Below, one piece after another: positions 9,711 to 19,791 of a stretch of 64,000 nucleotides of DNA. The position numbers and the translations under genes are program-made. This DNA is from an uncultured bacterium. GTDB lineage: Bacteria > Oederibacteriota > JAAXVQ01 > JAUVAV01. Within the stretch, counting starts at the first letter, position 1. The number at the start of each line of letters is the position of its first letter. The DNA lies in contig CAVQBK010000002.1 in the NCBI GenBank assembly GCA_963710755.1, positions 64,001 to 128,000 of the forward strand, given 5' to 3'. The notes below the pieces were generated by a model. It saw nothing but the letters and a program-made list of their open reading frames with translations. It was not told where the DNA came from and did no database searches.

Positions 9711-9882
9711 TACATATCCTCCTTAACTACATTTAAAATGGGACCTTAAAAATGGAAGTTATCCTGTCTTCGGACTAGCAGTGGGACAGTTTTTAACCCG
9801 GGTGCATCCAAATCACCGTGCAACTGCCGCAACGGGTCAAGAAGCGATTACCTTATATCTTATGATCCGACGCTTGGCTTGC

Positions 9883-10809
9883 TTAATTGGCCGTCAAACG
9901 ACGGAATATAGTCTCCAGACTGTGCACCTCTCTGGTCATTTCGTATAGTATCCAGCCCTCTTGGCAAGCCAGGCGAAACACTTCTGGGCGCATGTCTTCT
10001 TCAGTCTCAGTATTGAGCACATAACCTTTGACCTCATGGTCTTCATCCTTGCCTGACTTAACTTCCCTGATACCGTCGAGGTTGGCCAGCTTGGCCGCCA
10101 CATCCTTGCCTTTTATTTTCAAATGAATGACCGCCTCGTCGACTGCGGTCTTTTGCAATTCATTGGGACGGCCGTCAGCCACTTTTTTGCCTTGATGAAT
10201 AATAACCACCCGGTCACAGGTAGCCTCCACTTCCGACAAAATGTGGGAGGATAATATCACGGTTTTTTCTTTGCCTATTTTTTTAATCAGATCGCGGATT
10301 TCAATGATTTGGTTGGGATCCAGTCCTGCGGTGGGCTCGTCCAGAATAAGATATTCCGGATCGTGGATCATGGCTTGGGCCAGGCCAACACGCTGGCGGT
10401 TGCCTTTGGATAGTTCCCCCACTTTTTTATGAATAACTTCCCCCAACCCACAGATGGCCACCATGTCTTTAACCCGGGCAGGTTGCGCGGTTGCAGGGAT
10501 CCCCCGCATATCGGCAATATAATGCAAGTAATCAAAGACCAGCATATCTTGATATAAAGGGTTGTATTCCGGAAGATAGCCTATTTTTTCCCGTATGGTC
10601 AGGGCCTGTTCATCGGCATTAAATTCACCCACATTGATCACGCCCTGATCGGCTCGAAGATAGCCGGCAATCAGACGCAGGGTTGTGGTCTTGCCCGCAC
10701 CATTGGGCCCCAGCAAGCCCAGAATTTCACCGGGCTTCACCTCAAAGGTGATATCATCCACAGCCTTGACCGTGCCAAAATGCTTTGAAATAGACTCTAC
10801 CGTAATCAC
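9883..10809 (-). CDS. GldA-like ABC transporter ATP-binding protein
   Basis: GPNGAGKTT, LSKGNRQR, ILDEPT, SSHILSE. GGAGG precedes GTG 10809 (ORF track start 10824). Confidence 0.93.
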   Translation of the reverse strand: MITVESISKHFGTVKAVDDITFEVKPGEILGLLGPNGAGKTTTLRLIAGYLRADQGVINVGEFNADEQALTIREKIGYLPEYNPLYQDMLVFDYLHYIADMRGIPATAQPARVKDMVAICGLGEVIHKKVGELSKGNRQRVGLAQAMIHDPEYLILDEPTAGLDPNQIIEIRDLIKKIGKEKTVILSSHILSEVEATCDRVVIIHQGKKVADGRPNELQKTAVDEAVIHLKIKGKDVAAKLANLDGIREVKSGKDEDHEVKGYVLNTETEEDMRPEVFRLACQEGWILYEMTREVHSLETIFRRLTAN

Positions 10810-10896
10810 GTGTATGACCTCCATTTCTTGTGATGCCCTGCAAAGAAGTGCAATTCTACAAAAGGCCTTGACTGATTGTCAAGACGCCGCCCCGAG

Positions 10897-11634
10897 TCAC
10901 CTCACCAAAACCATTCGTTTTTCATCGGCCCGCCGGGCGGTACGCAAACCCGGCAAAGCATAATGAATCATTTCCCGAAAGCCGGCGGTATGCAAGGCGC
11001 TTTTTATCTCAGGCCAGGTAAAAACTTTTTGGACATGATATTCAGGACGATGTCGCACCCAGATGGATCCTTTTTGCTGAAACCCTTCGATAATGATCTC
11101 AGTGCATTGCCGTTTATCATTCCAATGATGGTGCCAGACGGAGAGGTAATGATCTCCTTCAAAAACCGCAGTGCCTCCCCCGAAATATTTTTTAATATGC
11201 CGGCCTGTAAAATAATCGAAGCAAAACCGCCCCCCGGGCTTTAGGGCTCCACGAACATGCTGAAAAAACCGGATCAACTCGCGGGGGGTATTTAAATAAT
11301 GTAAAATTCCAAAGGTGGCTATCACCAGCTCCACCGGCTCGGGCAGACGGAAATCAAGCATATCCGCTTGCAGAACCCGAGCCTGGGGGCATTTTTTCTT
11401 GGCCTGACGAAGCATGGCCTTCGATTGGTCCACCAAATAGAGTCGGTCCAGGTGGGAGGCCAGTTTTTTTGCAATGGTGCCGGTGCCGCAGCCAATGTCC
11501 GCCAAAGAGCGAAACCGAAGTTCATGCTTTTTTCGGAGTTGACCAAAGGCCGCCATCCATTGTTTGGCAAAGTATTCATCCATGACCCCGTCATAGACGA
11601 GGGCAAAATCCTGATATAAAGGTTTGGGATTCAC
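10897..11634 (-). CDS. class I SAM-dependent methyltransferase
   Basis: DIGCGTG, VDQSKAML, QADM, LKPGG. Confidence 0.88.
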   Translation of the reverse strand: MNPKPLYQDFALVYDGVMDEYFAKQWMAAFGQLRKKHELRFRSLADIGCGTGTIAKKLASHLDRLYLVDQSKAMLRQAKKKCPQARVLQADMLDFRLPEPVELVIATFGILHYLNTPRELIRFFQHVRGALKPGGRFCFDYFTGRHIKKYFGGGTAVFEGDHYLSVWHHHWNDKRQCTEIIIEGFQQKGSIWVRHRPEYHVQKVFTWPEIKSALHTAGFREMIHYALPGLRTARRADEKRMVLVR

Positions 11635-11676
11635 GACAGATTTGACCTTTTATGGACCCAAAAAAAAGCGCAGGGT

Positions 11677-12396
11677 TCACGATTTTTTATTTTTTTTAGC
11701 GGCAACCGGCTTGGGTTTAATAAGCTCCTCCGGCCTAAGGCTTCCTTTAGCCAAAGCCTGCGCTTGCTGCTCATTTTGAATCAATCCCACAGTGGCAATG
11801 ATTTTCAAACCACTCTCCGCTGATATGGGCAGCACATGCAGGTCCTTTTCCGGAATCAACAAGAGAAATCCCGAGGTGGGATTGGGCGTGGTAGGTAAAA
11901 AGACATTTACCAGTTTCTGTTTGGCAATTTTCTGGGCCGAGAGCAAAGACGGCGAAGTGATAAACCCAATGGCCCACAAGCCCTTACGCGGATATTCAAA
12001 AAGCACCACGGTTTTAAAGGCATTGGCCCCGGTCACGGAAAAGCTGGTGACCACCTGCCGGATGGCGGTGTAGATGCTGTTGACTAAAGGCACACGCTTG
12101 ATCAAGCGGTCTCCAAAATGCAGCACCTGCCGGCCCAAATAATTGGAACCAAACAAGCCCACCAGAAAAATCAGCACCACCGTGGCCACAATGCCAAAAC
12201 CGGGAATATGCTGCAAATCTATGGGCAAACGTACCCCGAAGGCACGTAAAATTTTCCCGCCCGCCGGGGAAAGCCACCCGTCAAAAAGATTAAATAAAAA
12301 AATCAGGATAATGATGGTAACGGCAATGGGAATTAAGATCAGCAAGCCGGTAATGAAAATTTTACGAAGGGTTGTTTTATTCTCTTTATTGTCCAC
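11677..12396 (-). CDS. DUF502 family membrane protein
   Basis: EYPRKG and FLPTTPNPTSGF signatures. Confidence 0.9.
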   Translation of the reverse strand: MDNKENKTTLRKIFITGLLILIPIAVTIIILIFLFNLFDGWLSPAGGKILRAFGVRLPIDLQHIPGFGIVATVVLIFLVGLFGSNYLGRQVLHFGDRLIKRVPLVNSIYTAIRQVVTSFSVTGANAFKTVVLFEYPRKGLWAIGFITSPSLLSAQKIAKQKLVNVFLPTTPNPTSGFLLLIPEKDLHVLPISAESGLKIIATVGLIQNEQQAQALAKGSLRPEELIKPKPVAAKKNKKS

Positions 12397-12443
12397 TTAG
12401 GTCACCTCGTCTGGCCAAGTATGCCTCAAGCCCGCAGCCGGCG

Positions 12444-13145
12444 TCAAGCACTATTGCTTTTCATGCGGCTAAGCAGGGCTTGAATCTCCGTCTGATGGGA
12501 AAAATCCTTTAGCGCCAAGGTGGGCTGATAAGCGTGCAATTCTTCCACAGTATAAGGCCCTGTGGCCACTGCCACGGTTTGGGCGCCTATGACCTGGCCG
12601 GCATGAATATCATGAGGCGTATCCCCCACCACCAACACCGTCTGGGGCGCAATCGTACGGCCCAGCAGGACCTCGGCTTTTTTAACCGCCGCCTGCAACA
12701 CCGCTGGTCGCAAACTCGCGTCCGACCCATACCCTCCAAAGGAAAAGTATTGGTCCAGCCCCACCCGGCTCAATTTGATTTTCGCGCCTGATTCCAAGTT
12801 GCCGGTGCCCAATCCCAGCAGAACTTGGGTATCCTTACTCTTTTCCTCCAAAAAGGGCCGTATGCCCGGCAGCACTTCGATGTTATGCGCAGCATCGACT
12901 TCCTGCTGCAGATAGTCAAGATAGGTGCCAAAGACTCTGCTCTTCTCCTCGGACGCCATGGCCTGGCCGCGATAGGATTGGGAGAGGGCATCAGCAATAG
13001 CGGGATCGGTCATACCTGCCGGCGATACCCGGGCCAGCAGGCCATCCCAACCCATGGTCTCGCGAAAAGCACGTTCCATCGCACGCATACCTGCGCCGTG
13101 GGTACGGATTAAGGTGGCATCGATGTCGAACAAGATAGTGATCAT
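12444..13145 (-). CDS. HAD family hydrolase (phosphoglycolate phosphatase-like)
   Basis: LFDIDATL, TGN, VGDTPHD. Confidence 0.88.
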   Translation of the reverse strand: MITILFDIDATLIRTHGAGMRAMERAFRETMGWDGLLARVSPAGMTDPAIADALSQSYRGQAMASEEKSRVFGTYLDYLQQEVDAAHNIEVLPGIRPFLEEKSKDTQVLLGLGTGNLESGAKIKLSRVGLDQYFSFGGYGSDASLRPAVLQAAVKKAEVLLGRTIAPQTVLVVGDTPHDIHAGQVIGAQTVAVATGPYTVEELHAYQPTLALKDFSHQTEIQALLSRMKSNSA

Positions 13146-13278
13146 GTTGAGGTTTCTCTACTTCCCGGTCCTAACGGCTACATCTTCCGTCAGATCCAGA
13201 ACTGTGCAGTGCTATATTGACCAGTGCTTCTCACCTGGTGTACACTTGGGCCACGTCGCATGAAAGGGAATCATTCTT

Positions 13279-14538
13279 ATGACACTGCGTTGTTCACTCG
13301 TCCCAAAAGTTATAACGTTGTTGGGGATTCTTATTCTAGCCGGTTGTAGCCGGCCGGTCAATAAAACCCAGCTGCATTTCTTTTTCCGCGGTGACTTGGC
13401 GGAGATTGATGCTGTGACGGAAACGGTTTATAAATTCGAAAGCCAGCATCCTCAGGTGGATGTCATCATGGATGTCAACAGCAACTACCTGCCTACGTTG
13501 ATGCATCGTCTGGAAAGCCAGCAGCCTGCGGATGTGGCCTTCGTGGAAGTTCGCGAATTGGCGTCATTGGCACGGAACAAAAGGCTACTGCCGCTGGATG
13601 CTTATGTTCGTCAGGATAAAGCCTTAACTTTGGAGGACGATTATCCTCAAGCCCTCGAAGCCTTTAAATACCAAGGTGCACTCTATGCCCTGCCCCGTGA
13701 CATTGCGCCTCATGCCTATCTGTTTTACAACCGGGATTTATTGGAAGCTGCCGGCATTGCGGTGCCTGGTAACCAATGGACCTGGCCCGGCCAAATGCAA
13801 ACCGTTTTAGATCAGGTTAAGGCCGACATCAAGAATCGTAACTTGACCTCCTATGTATTTGCCGATGATTTCCCCTGCTGGGAGGCTCTGGCTCTGGGCA
13901 GCGGGTTGAGTTATGATGAACTGGTAGCCCCTCATTTGCTGAATCACGACAAGCAGGAGGTGTACAAAAAAACGCTGGCTTTTTTTCATCAATTACATTC
14001 ACGCTATGCGCAGATACCGCCGGCCCTCTCCAAGCCTGATGTATTCATGGAAGGCAAGCTGGCTTTCTTCTTCACCGGCTATTGGTACACCCCGTATTTC
14101 AGAATCAACAATACTTTCAAATGGGATATCGTACTCTTTCCGGCTGGCCCGGCAGGACCAAGACGTTTTCCCAGCGGCAGCGGCGGCTATGGCATCCTTC
14201 ACAACAGCGCCCATCCCGATCTGGCCTGGCAATTGGTCTGTTTTCTGGCAGGCAAAGAAGGCCAGCTGGAGCTGGCCCAAACCGGCGTCATACAACCGGT
14301 GGATCGCTCTTTATACCGCGCTCCCGTTTTGTTAAAACCCCAACCGCCTTTTAACCGGGAGGCCCTGGCCTTTGCTGCTGGTCATTTTTCGCTTCAACCG
14401 CAGGACCCCGCCTGGAATAAAATACGCATGGACATTATCGAGCCGGAAATCATCAAGTTGCGTGACCACCCGGAAGCTGATCCAGAAGCCAGCTTCAACC
14501 GGCTGGTGCAAATAACAGCCCACCAGCCTCGGCATTAA
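13279..14538 (+). CDS. sugar-type extracellular solute-binding lipoprotein (orphan)
   Basis: Lipobox LAGC; YALP, LFYNRDL, FMEGKLAF, WDIV motifs of family-1 SBPs. No permease adjacent. Confidence 0.85.
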   Translation: MTLRCSLVPKVITLLGILILAGCSRPVNKTQLHFFFRGDLAEIDAVTETVYKFESQHPQVDVIMDVNSNYLPTLMHRLESQQPADVAFVEVRELASLARNKRLLPLDAYVRQDKALTLEDDYPQALEAFKYQGALYALPRDIAPHAYLFYNRDLLEAAGIAVPGNQWTWPGQMQTVLDQVKADIKNRNLTSYVFADDFPCWEALALGSGLSYDELVAPHLLNHDKQEVYKKTLAFFHQLHSRYAQIPPALSKPDVFMEGKLAFFFTGYWYTPYFRINNTFKWDIVLFPAGPAGPRRFPSGSGGYGILHNSAHPDLAWQLVCFLAGKEGQLELAQTGVIQPVDRSLYRAPVLLKPQPPFNREALAFAAGHFSLQPQDPAWNKIRMDIIEPEIIKLRDHPEADPEASFNRLVQITAHQPRH

Positions 14539-14549
14539 TTTTCCCATGT

Positions 14550-15932
14550 TTAGGAATCTTTGAATTTGTATTGAACCAACAACTGACTGAAGTATTCCCG
14601 CTTTATACCCAGGGCTTTGGCGGTTTGACTTTTATTGCCCTGGTGACGCTCCAGATGATAGTGGAAGTAGTGATGGAGCCTGCGTCGGGCTTCATCATCG
14701 AGTTTATTTTTAAAGGCCTTATAAGGCAAGTTGAGCCATGTTTCCGGATCTGCTGCCACTACCGCGGAACTAAGGGGTAATTTGCCTTGCAGGTCAGCTT
14801 CATGCAACGTCTGTCCAATGCTGTGGGCCACTCCAATCTCAATACATTGTTCCAATTCCCTGACATTGCCGGGCCAGTCAGCCCGAACCAAGTTCTCCAT
14901 CAACTCTGGAGCCACCCGGTTTAGCTGTTTGTCATATTTTTGATTATATTTGACCATCAGATCCCTGACCAAGAGAGGAATATCTTCCTGCCTTTCCCTT
15001 AGCGGTGGCAGGGTAATCACTTGTTTTTTCAACCGCTGCCATAAATCAAAGCGAAATTGTTTCTGCGCCACCATGTCCTCCAAATCCCGAAAGGTGGCTG
15101 CCAAAATAATGAAGTCCGGTTTAATGTCCTTGCTACTGCCCAAACGTTTAAAAGGCATGCGATCCAACAAAAGCAATAACAGGGCTTGTTGCTTTTCAGA
15201 CAAATCTCCAATTTCATTAAAGAAAAGCAGGCCGCCGCTGGCCTGCTCCGCCAACCCCGGTTTATCGTCAAACGCACCTGTATAAGCGCCGCGCACATGC
15301 CCAAAAAGGCGTTCCTCGAACAGTTCGTTGCGGGTGCAGTCAAAAACCACAAAAGGTCCCTTTTGGCGCCGCGATTTTTTATGATAATAACGGGCCGCCA
15401 GATCCTTGCCTACTCCCGATTCTCCCAGCAGGAGCAGATCCACACCGCTGCGGGCCGCCTGCAGGAGCTGTTTAACCGAGGTCATGATAATCTTGGACTT
15501 GCCCTGGAAACTTTCCTCCCAGTTAATGAGCTGGTCCTGTGACTCCTCTCTCTGGCGCTGTTCCAGCAGACGCTGGGCTTTTTTAACCAGCTCGGCCGAT
15601 TTAAAGGGTTTGACCTCATAATCATTGGCCCCTTCTTCAAGCACTTTCTCCATGAGACCAGTATCGCCGGTGCCGCTGATGACAATGACCGGCAACTCCT
15701 GGCGGCTGCGCTGTTGCCGTATGGCCTGGAGCACGGACAACCCGCTGGTATCTTTTCCGTCACCGGCCAAATCGAGGTCCAGAAAAACAATATCAGGATC
15801 AAAGACCGCCATCAGGTCCAAGGCTTTGTCGGCCTGGCTGGCACTGGTCACCTCAAACTCATAGAGACTGAAATATTCACTGATGGATTCGCTCAGGCTA
15901 TGGTCGTCATCAACCACCAGAAGACGGTGCAT
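14550..15932 (-). CDS. sigma54-interaction response regulator (REC-AAA-HTH), atypical
   Basis: REC (VVDDD, FLD, KPF), GESGVGK, GAYTGA, PPLRER, WPGNVREL, Fis-type HTH. Walker B reads NE rather than DE. Confidence 0.88.
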   Translation of the reverse strand: MHRLLVVDDDHSLSESISEYFSLYEFEVTSASQADKALDLMAVFDPDIVFLDLDLAGDGKDTSGLSVLQAIRQQRSRQELPVIVISGTGDTGLMEKVLEEGANDYEVKPFKSAELVKKAQRLLEQRQREESQDQLINWEESFQGKSKIIMTSVKQLLQAARSGVDLLLLGESGVGKDLAARYYHKKSRRQKGPFVVFDCTRNELFEERLFGHVRGAYTGAFDDKPGLAEQASGGLLFFNEIGDLSEKQQALLLLLLDRMPFKRLGSSKDIKPDFIILAATFRDLEDMVAQKQFRFDLWQRLKKQVITLPPLRERQEDIPLLVRDLMVKYNQKYDKQLNRVAPELMENLVRADWPGNVRELEQCIEIGVAHSIGQTLHEADLQGKLPLSSAVVAADPETWLNLPYKAFKNKLDDEARRRLHHYFHYHLERHQGNKSQTAKALGIKREYFSQLLVQYKFKDS

Positions 15933-16938
15933 GGTGATCCTCCTTATAAAATTTAGCCAGGGGACAACTCAACTCAAAAACAGCTCCCCTGCCGGCAGGA
16001 CTATCCAACAATTTAACCTCCCCGCCCATCAAGAGCATGCACTGACGCGCATTGCCCAGGCCCAATCCTGTGCCCCGGATATGCGGCTGGAGCCGGACAT
16101 AAGCCACGAAGATTCTTTCTTTCATGGCCGCCGGAATGCCGGGCCCTTGATCTTCAATTTCCAGGAAAGCCTTGTCCCCGCGGCAGGCACAGCGAATGGT
16201 AACCACACTGTCTGACGCCGTGAATTTGACGGCATTATGCAACAAGTTCATCAGGGCTTGATCCAACAACTGGCGGTCCGCTTGAATCCACAAAGACCCG
16301 TCGTGGGCCGGCAAGGCCAAATGCAGGTTTTTTTCCGTGACCATATCATCTTGATTGTCAATCGCATCCTGCAACGCCGGCCATAGGTCAACTGGCTTCA
16401 GATGCACCTGATGATGCTTGTTGGCGAGCGCCTCGTTTTGATTTAAATTGCCGACCAGATGATTGATAGATTGGAGGTTGAGCGATATTAACTGGAGATC
16501 ACGCCTGGTTTTTTCATCAGGATGGGCCAGCCCTGGGCGCAGACGGAGTAAGTCCAAACGGGTGTGGATAACCGACAGATAGTGCCGGGCATTGTGGGTA
16601 ATGGCGGAAATCATCTCCGACTTGGCATGTTCTTCCCGTTCCAAACGCAGATGGGCCCTGACCACCAGGATATACAACCCTAAAAACAGGATGGTAAACA
16701 GATTAAGGGCCCCATAAGCATAAATCATGAATTGTTTGCGTTGTTCGAAATCATCGTGGCGTAAAATATATTTAAGCCCGTGGTTCTTGGTGAACAGGCC
16801 GATCTTTTCGTTGAGTTTATGGCGGTTGATTTCCACCATTTTCAAATTGTACAAGGTATAGGCCTGAGCCACCAGTACGGCCATTAAAATGACCACACCC
16901 CAAATAACTCTTTGATATTTCCTGAAAAACAATCGCAT
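15910..16938 (-). CDS. membrane sensor histidine kinase
   Basis: Two TMs, H-box ITHNAR, NLLHNAVKF, DQGPGI, GTGLGL. Overlaps the regulator start. Confidence 0.88.
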   Translation of the reverse strand: MRLFFRKYQRVIWGVVILMAVLVAQAYTLYNLKMVEINRHKLNEKIGLFTKNHGLKYILRHDDFEQRKQFMIYAYGALNLFTILFLGLYILVVRAHLRLEREEHAKSEMISAITHNARHYLSVIHTRLDLLRLRPGLAHPDEKTRRDLQLISLNLQSINHLVGNLNQNEALANKHHQVHLKPVDLWPALQDAIDNQDDMVTEKNLHLALPAHDGSLWIQADRQLLDQALMNLLHNAVKFTASDSVVTIRCACRGDKAFLEIEDQGPGIPAAMKERIFVAYVRLQPHIRGTGLGLGNARQCMLLMGGEVKLLDSPAGRGAVFELSCPLAKFYKEDHHAPSSGG

Positions 16939-17038
16939 GCCTTGGCCGGCTCCTTGTCCCCCGAACACTGCTTTTAGAGTATATAATGACTATGGTTAAA
17001 AAACCACCGCATTATTCCTCTTTTTAGGCAGGGGGCAG

Positions 17039-17659
17039 CTATACGCGACCGGCCAATTTCGGCCACTCCTGGCCAATGGCCGTATGGAGCCACTTCAAGC
17101 CGTTTAAATTTTGAGCCAATTTTTTTTTGCCCCGCAACATGCGCACACCCAGGGTATGCATGGGGACATTAAGCTCACGCGATGTGGCTTTGTAGGACTG
17201 TTCGTCAAAATAGATCGATGTTAATCCCCGCCGGTAGATCGGATCCAGGGCGTCCACGGCCCGGCGAACATGCAAACGCACATAATGGTTTACATACCTG
17301 AATTCCGGGTTATTGCTTTTTTCCCGGGAAAGGGTTTCCTGAAGCACATTAGCATAATCATTAAAAAACACACAAGCGCGGGAGCGGGTGCCCATCAAGG
17401 ATTTACACTCATTCACGGTGATGCGAAACAGCCAGGAACCCAAACGCGCATCCCCACGAAAGCCCTCAATTTTACGTTCCACAAAAACTTTATAAATCAC
17501 ATCCTGGGCAACATCCTTGGCATCATCGCTATTCTGGAGAACTCTTGTCGCCAAATTTGCAATTTTATCATAATAATGACTAATTAATTTTTCTCCGGCG
17601 TTGCGGTTCCCTGCCACAAACAACCGTATTAGGTGTTTCTCTTGCTCTACTTGCAACAT
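17039..17659 (-). CDS. ECF-type sigma70 factor
   Basis: Region 2 DAKDVAQD and SWLFRITVN; region 4 HTH (SYKATSRELNVP..TL..R). G-rich RBS before ATG 17659. Confidence 0.85.
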   Translation of the reverse strand: MLQVEQEKHLIRLFVAGNRNAGEKLISHYYDKIANLATRVLQNSDDAKDVAQDVIYKVFVERKIEGFRGDARLGSWLFRITVNECKSLMGTRSRACVFFNDYANVLQETLSREKSNNPEFRYVNHYVRLHVRRAVDALDPIYRRGLTSIYFDEQSYKATSRELNVPMHTLGVRMLRGKKKLAQNLNGLKWLHTAIGQEWPKLAGRV

Positions 17660-17701
17660 GGCCTTGCCCCCCTTTAAATGGTCTACAACCATAAGAAATA
17701 A

Positions 17702-17718
17702 AGCAAAGACAGTGCCAA
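17702..17718 (-). promoter_or_regulatory. sigma54 -24/-12 promoter upstream of the ECF gene
   Basis: Minus strand TTGGCAC-TGTCT-TTGCT matches TGGCAC-N5-TTGC exactly, with an AT-rich tract upstream. Confidence 0.8.
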
Positions 17719-17791
17719 TTAAAATAAGTTTAAATATATTGAAAAAATAAGCTTATTTTAAAATATTCATCTCTTTTGTGTTTATGGACCT

Positions 17792-17827
17792 GTAAGAGAT
17801 CCCTACCGGGCGGAAGGAATTACTTCC
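17792..17827. promoter_or_regulatory. candidate tandem enhancer (UAS) palindromes
   Basis: gtaagagatccctac and ggaag-gaatta-cttcc lie about 75-110 bp upstream of the -24 element. Confidence 0.45.
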
Positions 17828-17920
17828 ACCTGGCATGACCTGAACTTGGAGACCACGCCATCATACCGGTAAAAGTCTCAGGAAGAAAACAACGGTTTTC
17901 CGTGCAGTCATCTAATCAGT

Positions 17921-19537
17921 TTAAAACAGGATACTCAGTTCAAAGGTCATGCGCCAAGTTAGAGAAGATAAGGTGAGAGGTGTATTAAAAAAAGTTACTG
18001 ATGGTGAGTGAAAAGAATCGTCAACCATGATGCCGGCACTCCAATAATGCCCTGCCGGACCGCCAAAGCCCAGGCTTAAACCAGCGCTGCCCACACCAGC
18101 CTGGCCGTGGTACTGCGCTTCCCCCAAGTTTAAATGCTGCCAGCGATACCCAGGACCAGCCATCACATTGATATAAATCTTTTGCTCCTCCGTCATAGTC
18201 CAGGCCTGGCTGATTACCACATTAACACGGCTGGTTTGTTCTGATTGCCAACCATTATCGTGCAATGGTCCGTCTTGGGCATTTTTAAACAGCGGATTGA
18301 AATATAAATCCAATTGTGGCCGCAGTCCCGCGGCTAAGCTGTAAGTGCCTGATTGGTAATTTAAAAATTCCAGTTCATAGCCTAAGCTTAATCCTGCGTT
18401 GGTCAGAGAACTATCCTGAACCCAACCCGTGGAAGCCAAGGCATCGGCCAAGCCCCGAAGCTGCAGAAAAGGTCCAATGATCAACCGTTGATCTGGCGGC
18501 TTGGCCCGGACCGGCGCCAAGGACCAGGATTTGAAACGACCAGGTGCGATCAAGTTATTTTGGAAATGATCATCCAGGAATCTCTTCTCTTCAGCCCGGT
18601 TGCGGCGTTGGGCCATGACCCAGGTACGTGCTGCACTGCCTTGGTGATTCATGATCAGCAGGTTGGAAAATATCAAGGCTGCCGTTATATTTTCCGTTCG
18701 GGCCTGCTGTTGCGCAGCCATCGTGAACCCGATGGTGCCTGCCCAAAATAACAATTCATAATACAGCTGACTGCCCGCTTCCCCCATGCCAGGTTCCAAT
18801 TGCTCTTCTCCCCAACCGGGCATTACCGCGGAAGCCAAGCTTAACCGGCGGGGAGAAAAATAAGGAACTTCCATGGCTTCAAAACTTTCCCGGGCAGCGG
18901 GATGATCCCGATCCTGCTGCCATAAATGGTAAAAGCCTTCCGTATTGCCCTGATGATCCTGAAAATCCTGCCAGGCCAGAGCATAGGCCGCAAAGCCGCT
19001 GAAGGGCGACTGAGAGGCCTGGGCTAAAAAGTTCTTCAGATCTTGCCGCCGGGCACCGGCATGGTGGCGCCAAAACAATTCGGCCAGAGCAGCCAATTGT
19101 TGAAAATAGACCCTATCAGCTTGCCGGGGATGTTGCTTAAAAAAAACAAAGCTGTCCTTGACCAATCGGGAAAACAACGGATCTGGTTCAAACAGACGTA
19201 GTCTCCCGTTAATGTTGGCGTTCACATCAAGCAATGGCAAAAGGCTGCTGGCAGGAAAATAGGTTTGAAGATAAAACTGCAATTGTTGCGCCTGATCCAT
19301 ACGCTCCTGTGCCTGCATTACCGCGACCGTTACCATGATCTCCAAATCCTCCAACCGCCCTGATTTTAAGGGCGGCTGAAGCGGTTGGTAACGGTCATAG
19401 AACAGTTGAAGGCTTTGGGGTAAGGATGGACAAGATACAGTGGCCCCAGCCCATGCTGCCATACCCACGGAAAACAGCAATAACAGCATAATTGCCCAAT
19501 ACCTGCGGTTAACCACCGCACGGCCCAGTGGCCACAT
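17921..19537 (-). CDS. hypothetical exported protein, helical N-domain plus probable C-terminal beta-barrel
   Basis: AAGGA before ATG 19537; signal-like segment; SAVMPGWGE motif; alternating beta strands ending FELSILF (terminal Phe). Confidence 0.6.
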   Translation of the reverse strand: MWPLGRAVVNRRYWAIMLLLLFSVGMAAWAGATVSCPSLPQSLQLFYDRYQPLQPPLKSGRLEDLEIMVTVAVMQAQERMDQAQQLQFYLQTYFPASSLLPLLDVNANINGRLRLFEPDPLFSRLVKDSFVFFKQHPRQADRVYFQQLAALAELFWRHHAGARRQDLKNFLAQASQSPFSGFAAYALAWQDFQDHQGNTEGFYHLWQQDRDHPAARESFEAMEVPYFSPRRLSLASAVMPGWGEEQLEPGMGEAGSQLYYELLFWAGTIGFTMAAQQQARTENITAALIFSNLLIMNHQGSAARTWVMAQRRNRAEEKRFLDDHFQNNLIAPGRFKSWSLAPVRAKPPDQRLIIGPFLQLRGLADALASTGWVQDSSLTNAGLSLGYELEFLNYQSGTYSLAAGLRPQLDLYFNPLFKNAQDGPLHDNGWQSEQTSRVNVVISQAWTMTEEQKIYINVMAGPGYRWQHLNLGEAQYHGQAGVGSAGLSLGFGGPAGHYWSAGIMVDDSFHSPSVTFFNTPLTLSSLTWRMTFELSILF

Positions 19538-19791
19538 GGGTGTCCTTTGAGGTCGAGAATATAAAAACGTTGACTTAATCGACTTTTTCTTCAGGCTGGT
19601 TGGAAGTAGGGGTGACAGGATCATAGCGTTACCTGTATTCAGAATGACGTCCGGTCAAGATCACTGATTTTTTTCGAACCCTGCACAAGCGGCATTGGCC
19701 GTACAACCGTTCTCTAGGACTTCAGGCCGCAGCAGACAGGCCGTCTTTTTTCCAGAAAAATCTATCCGGCTTGCCATTCCCATCATAATCA

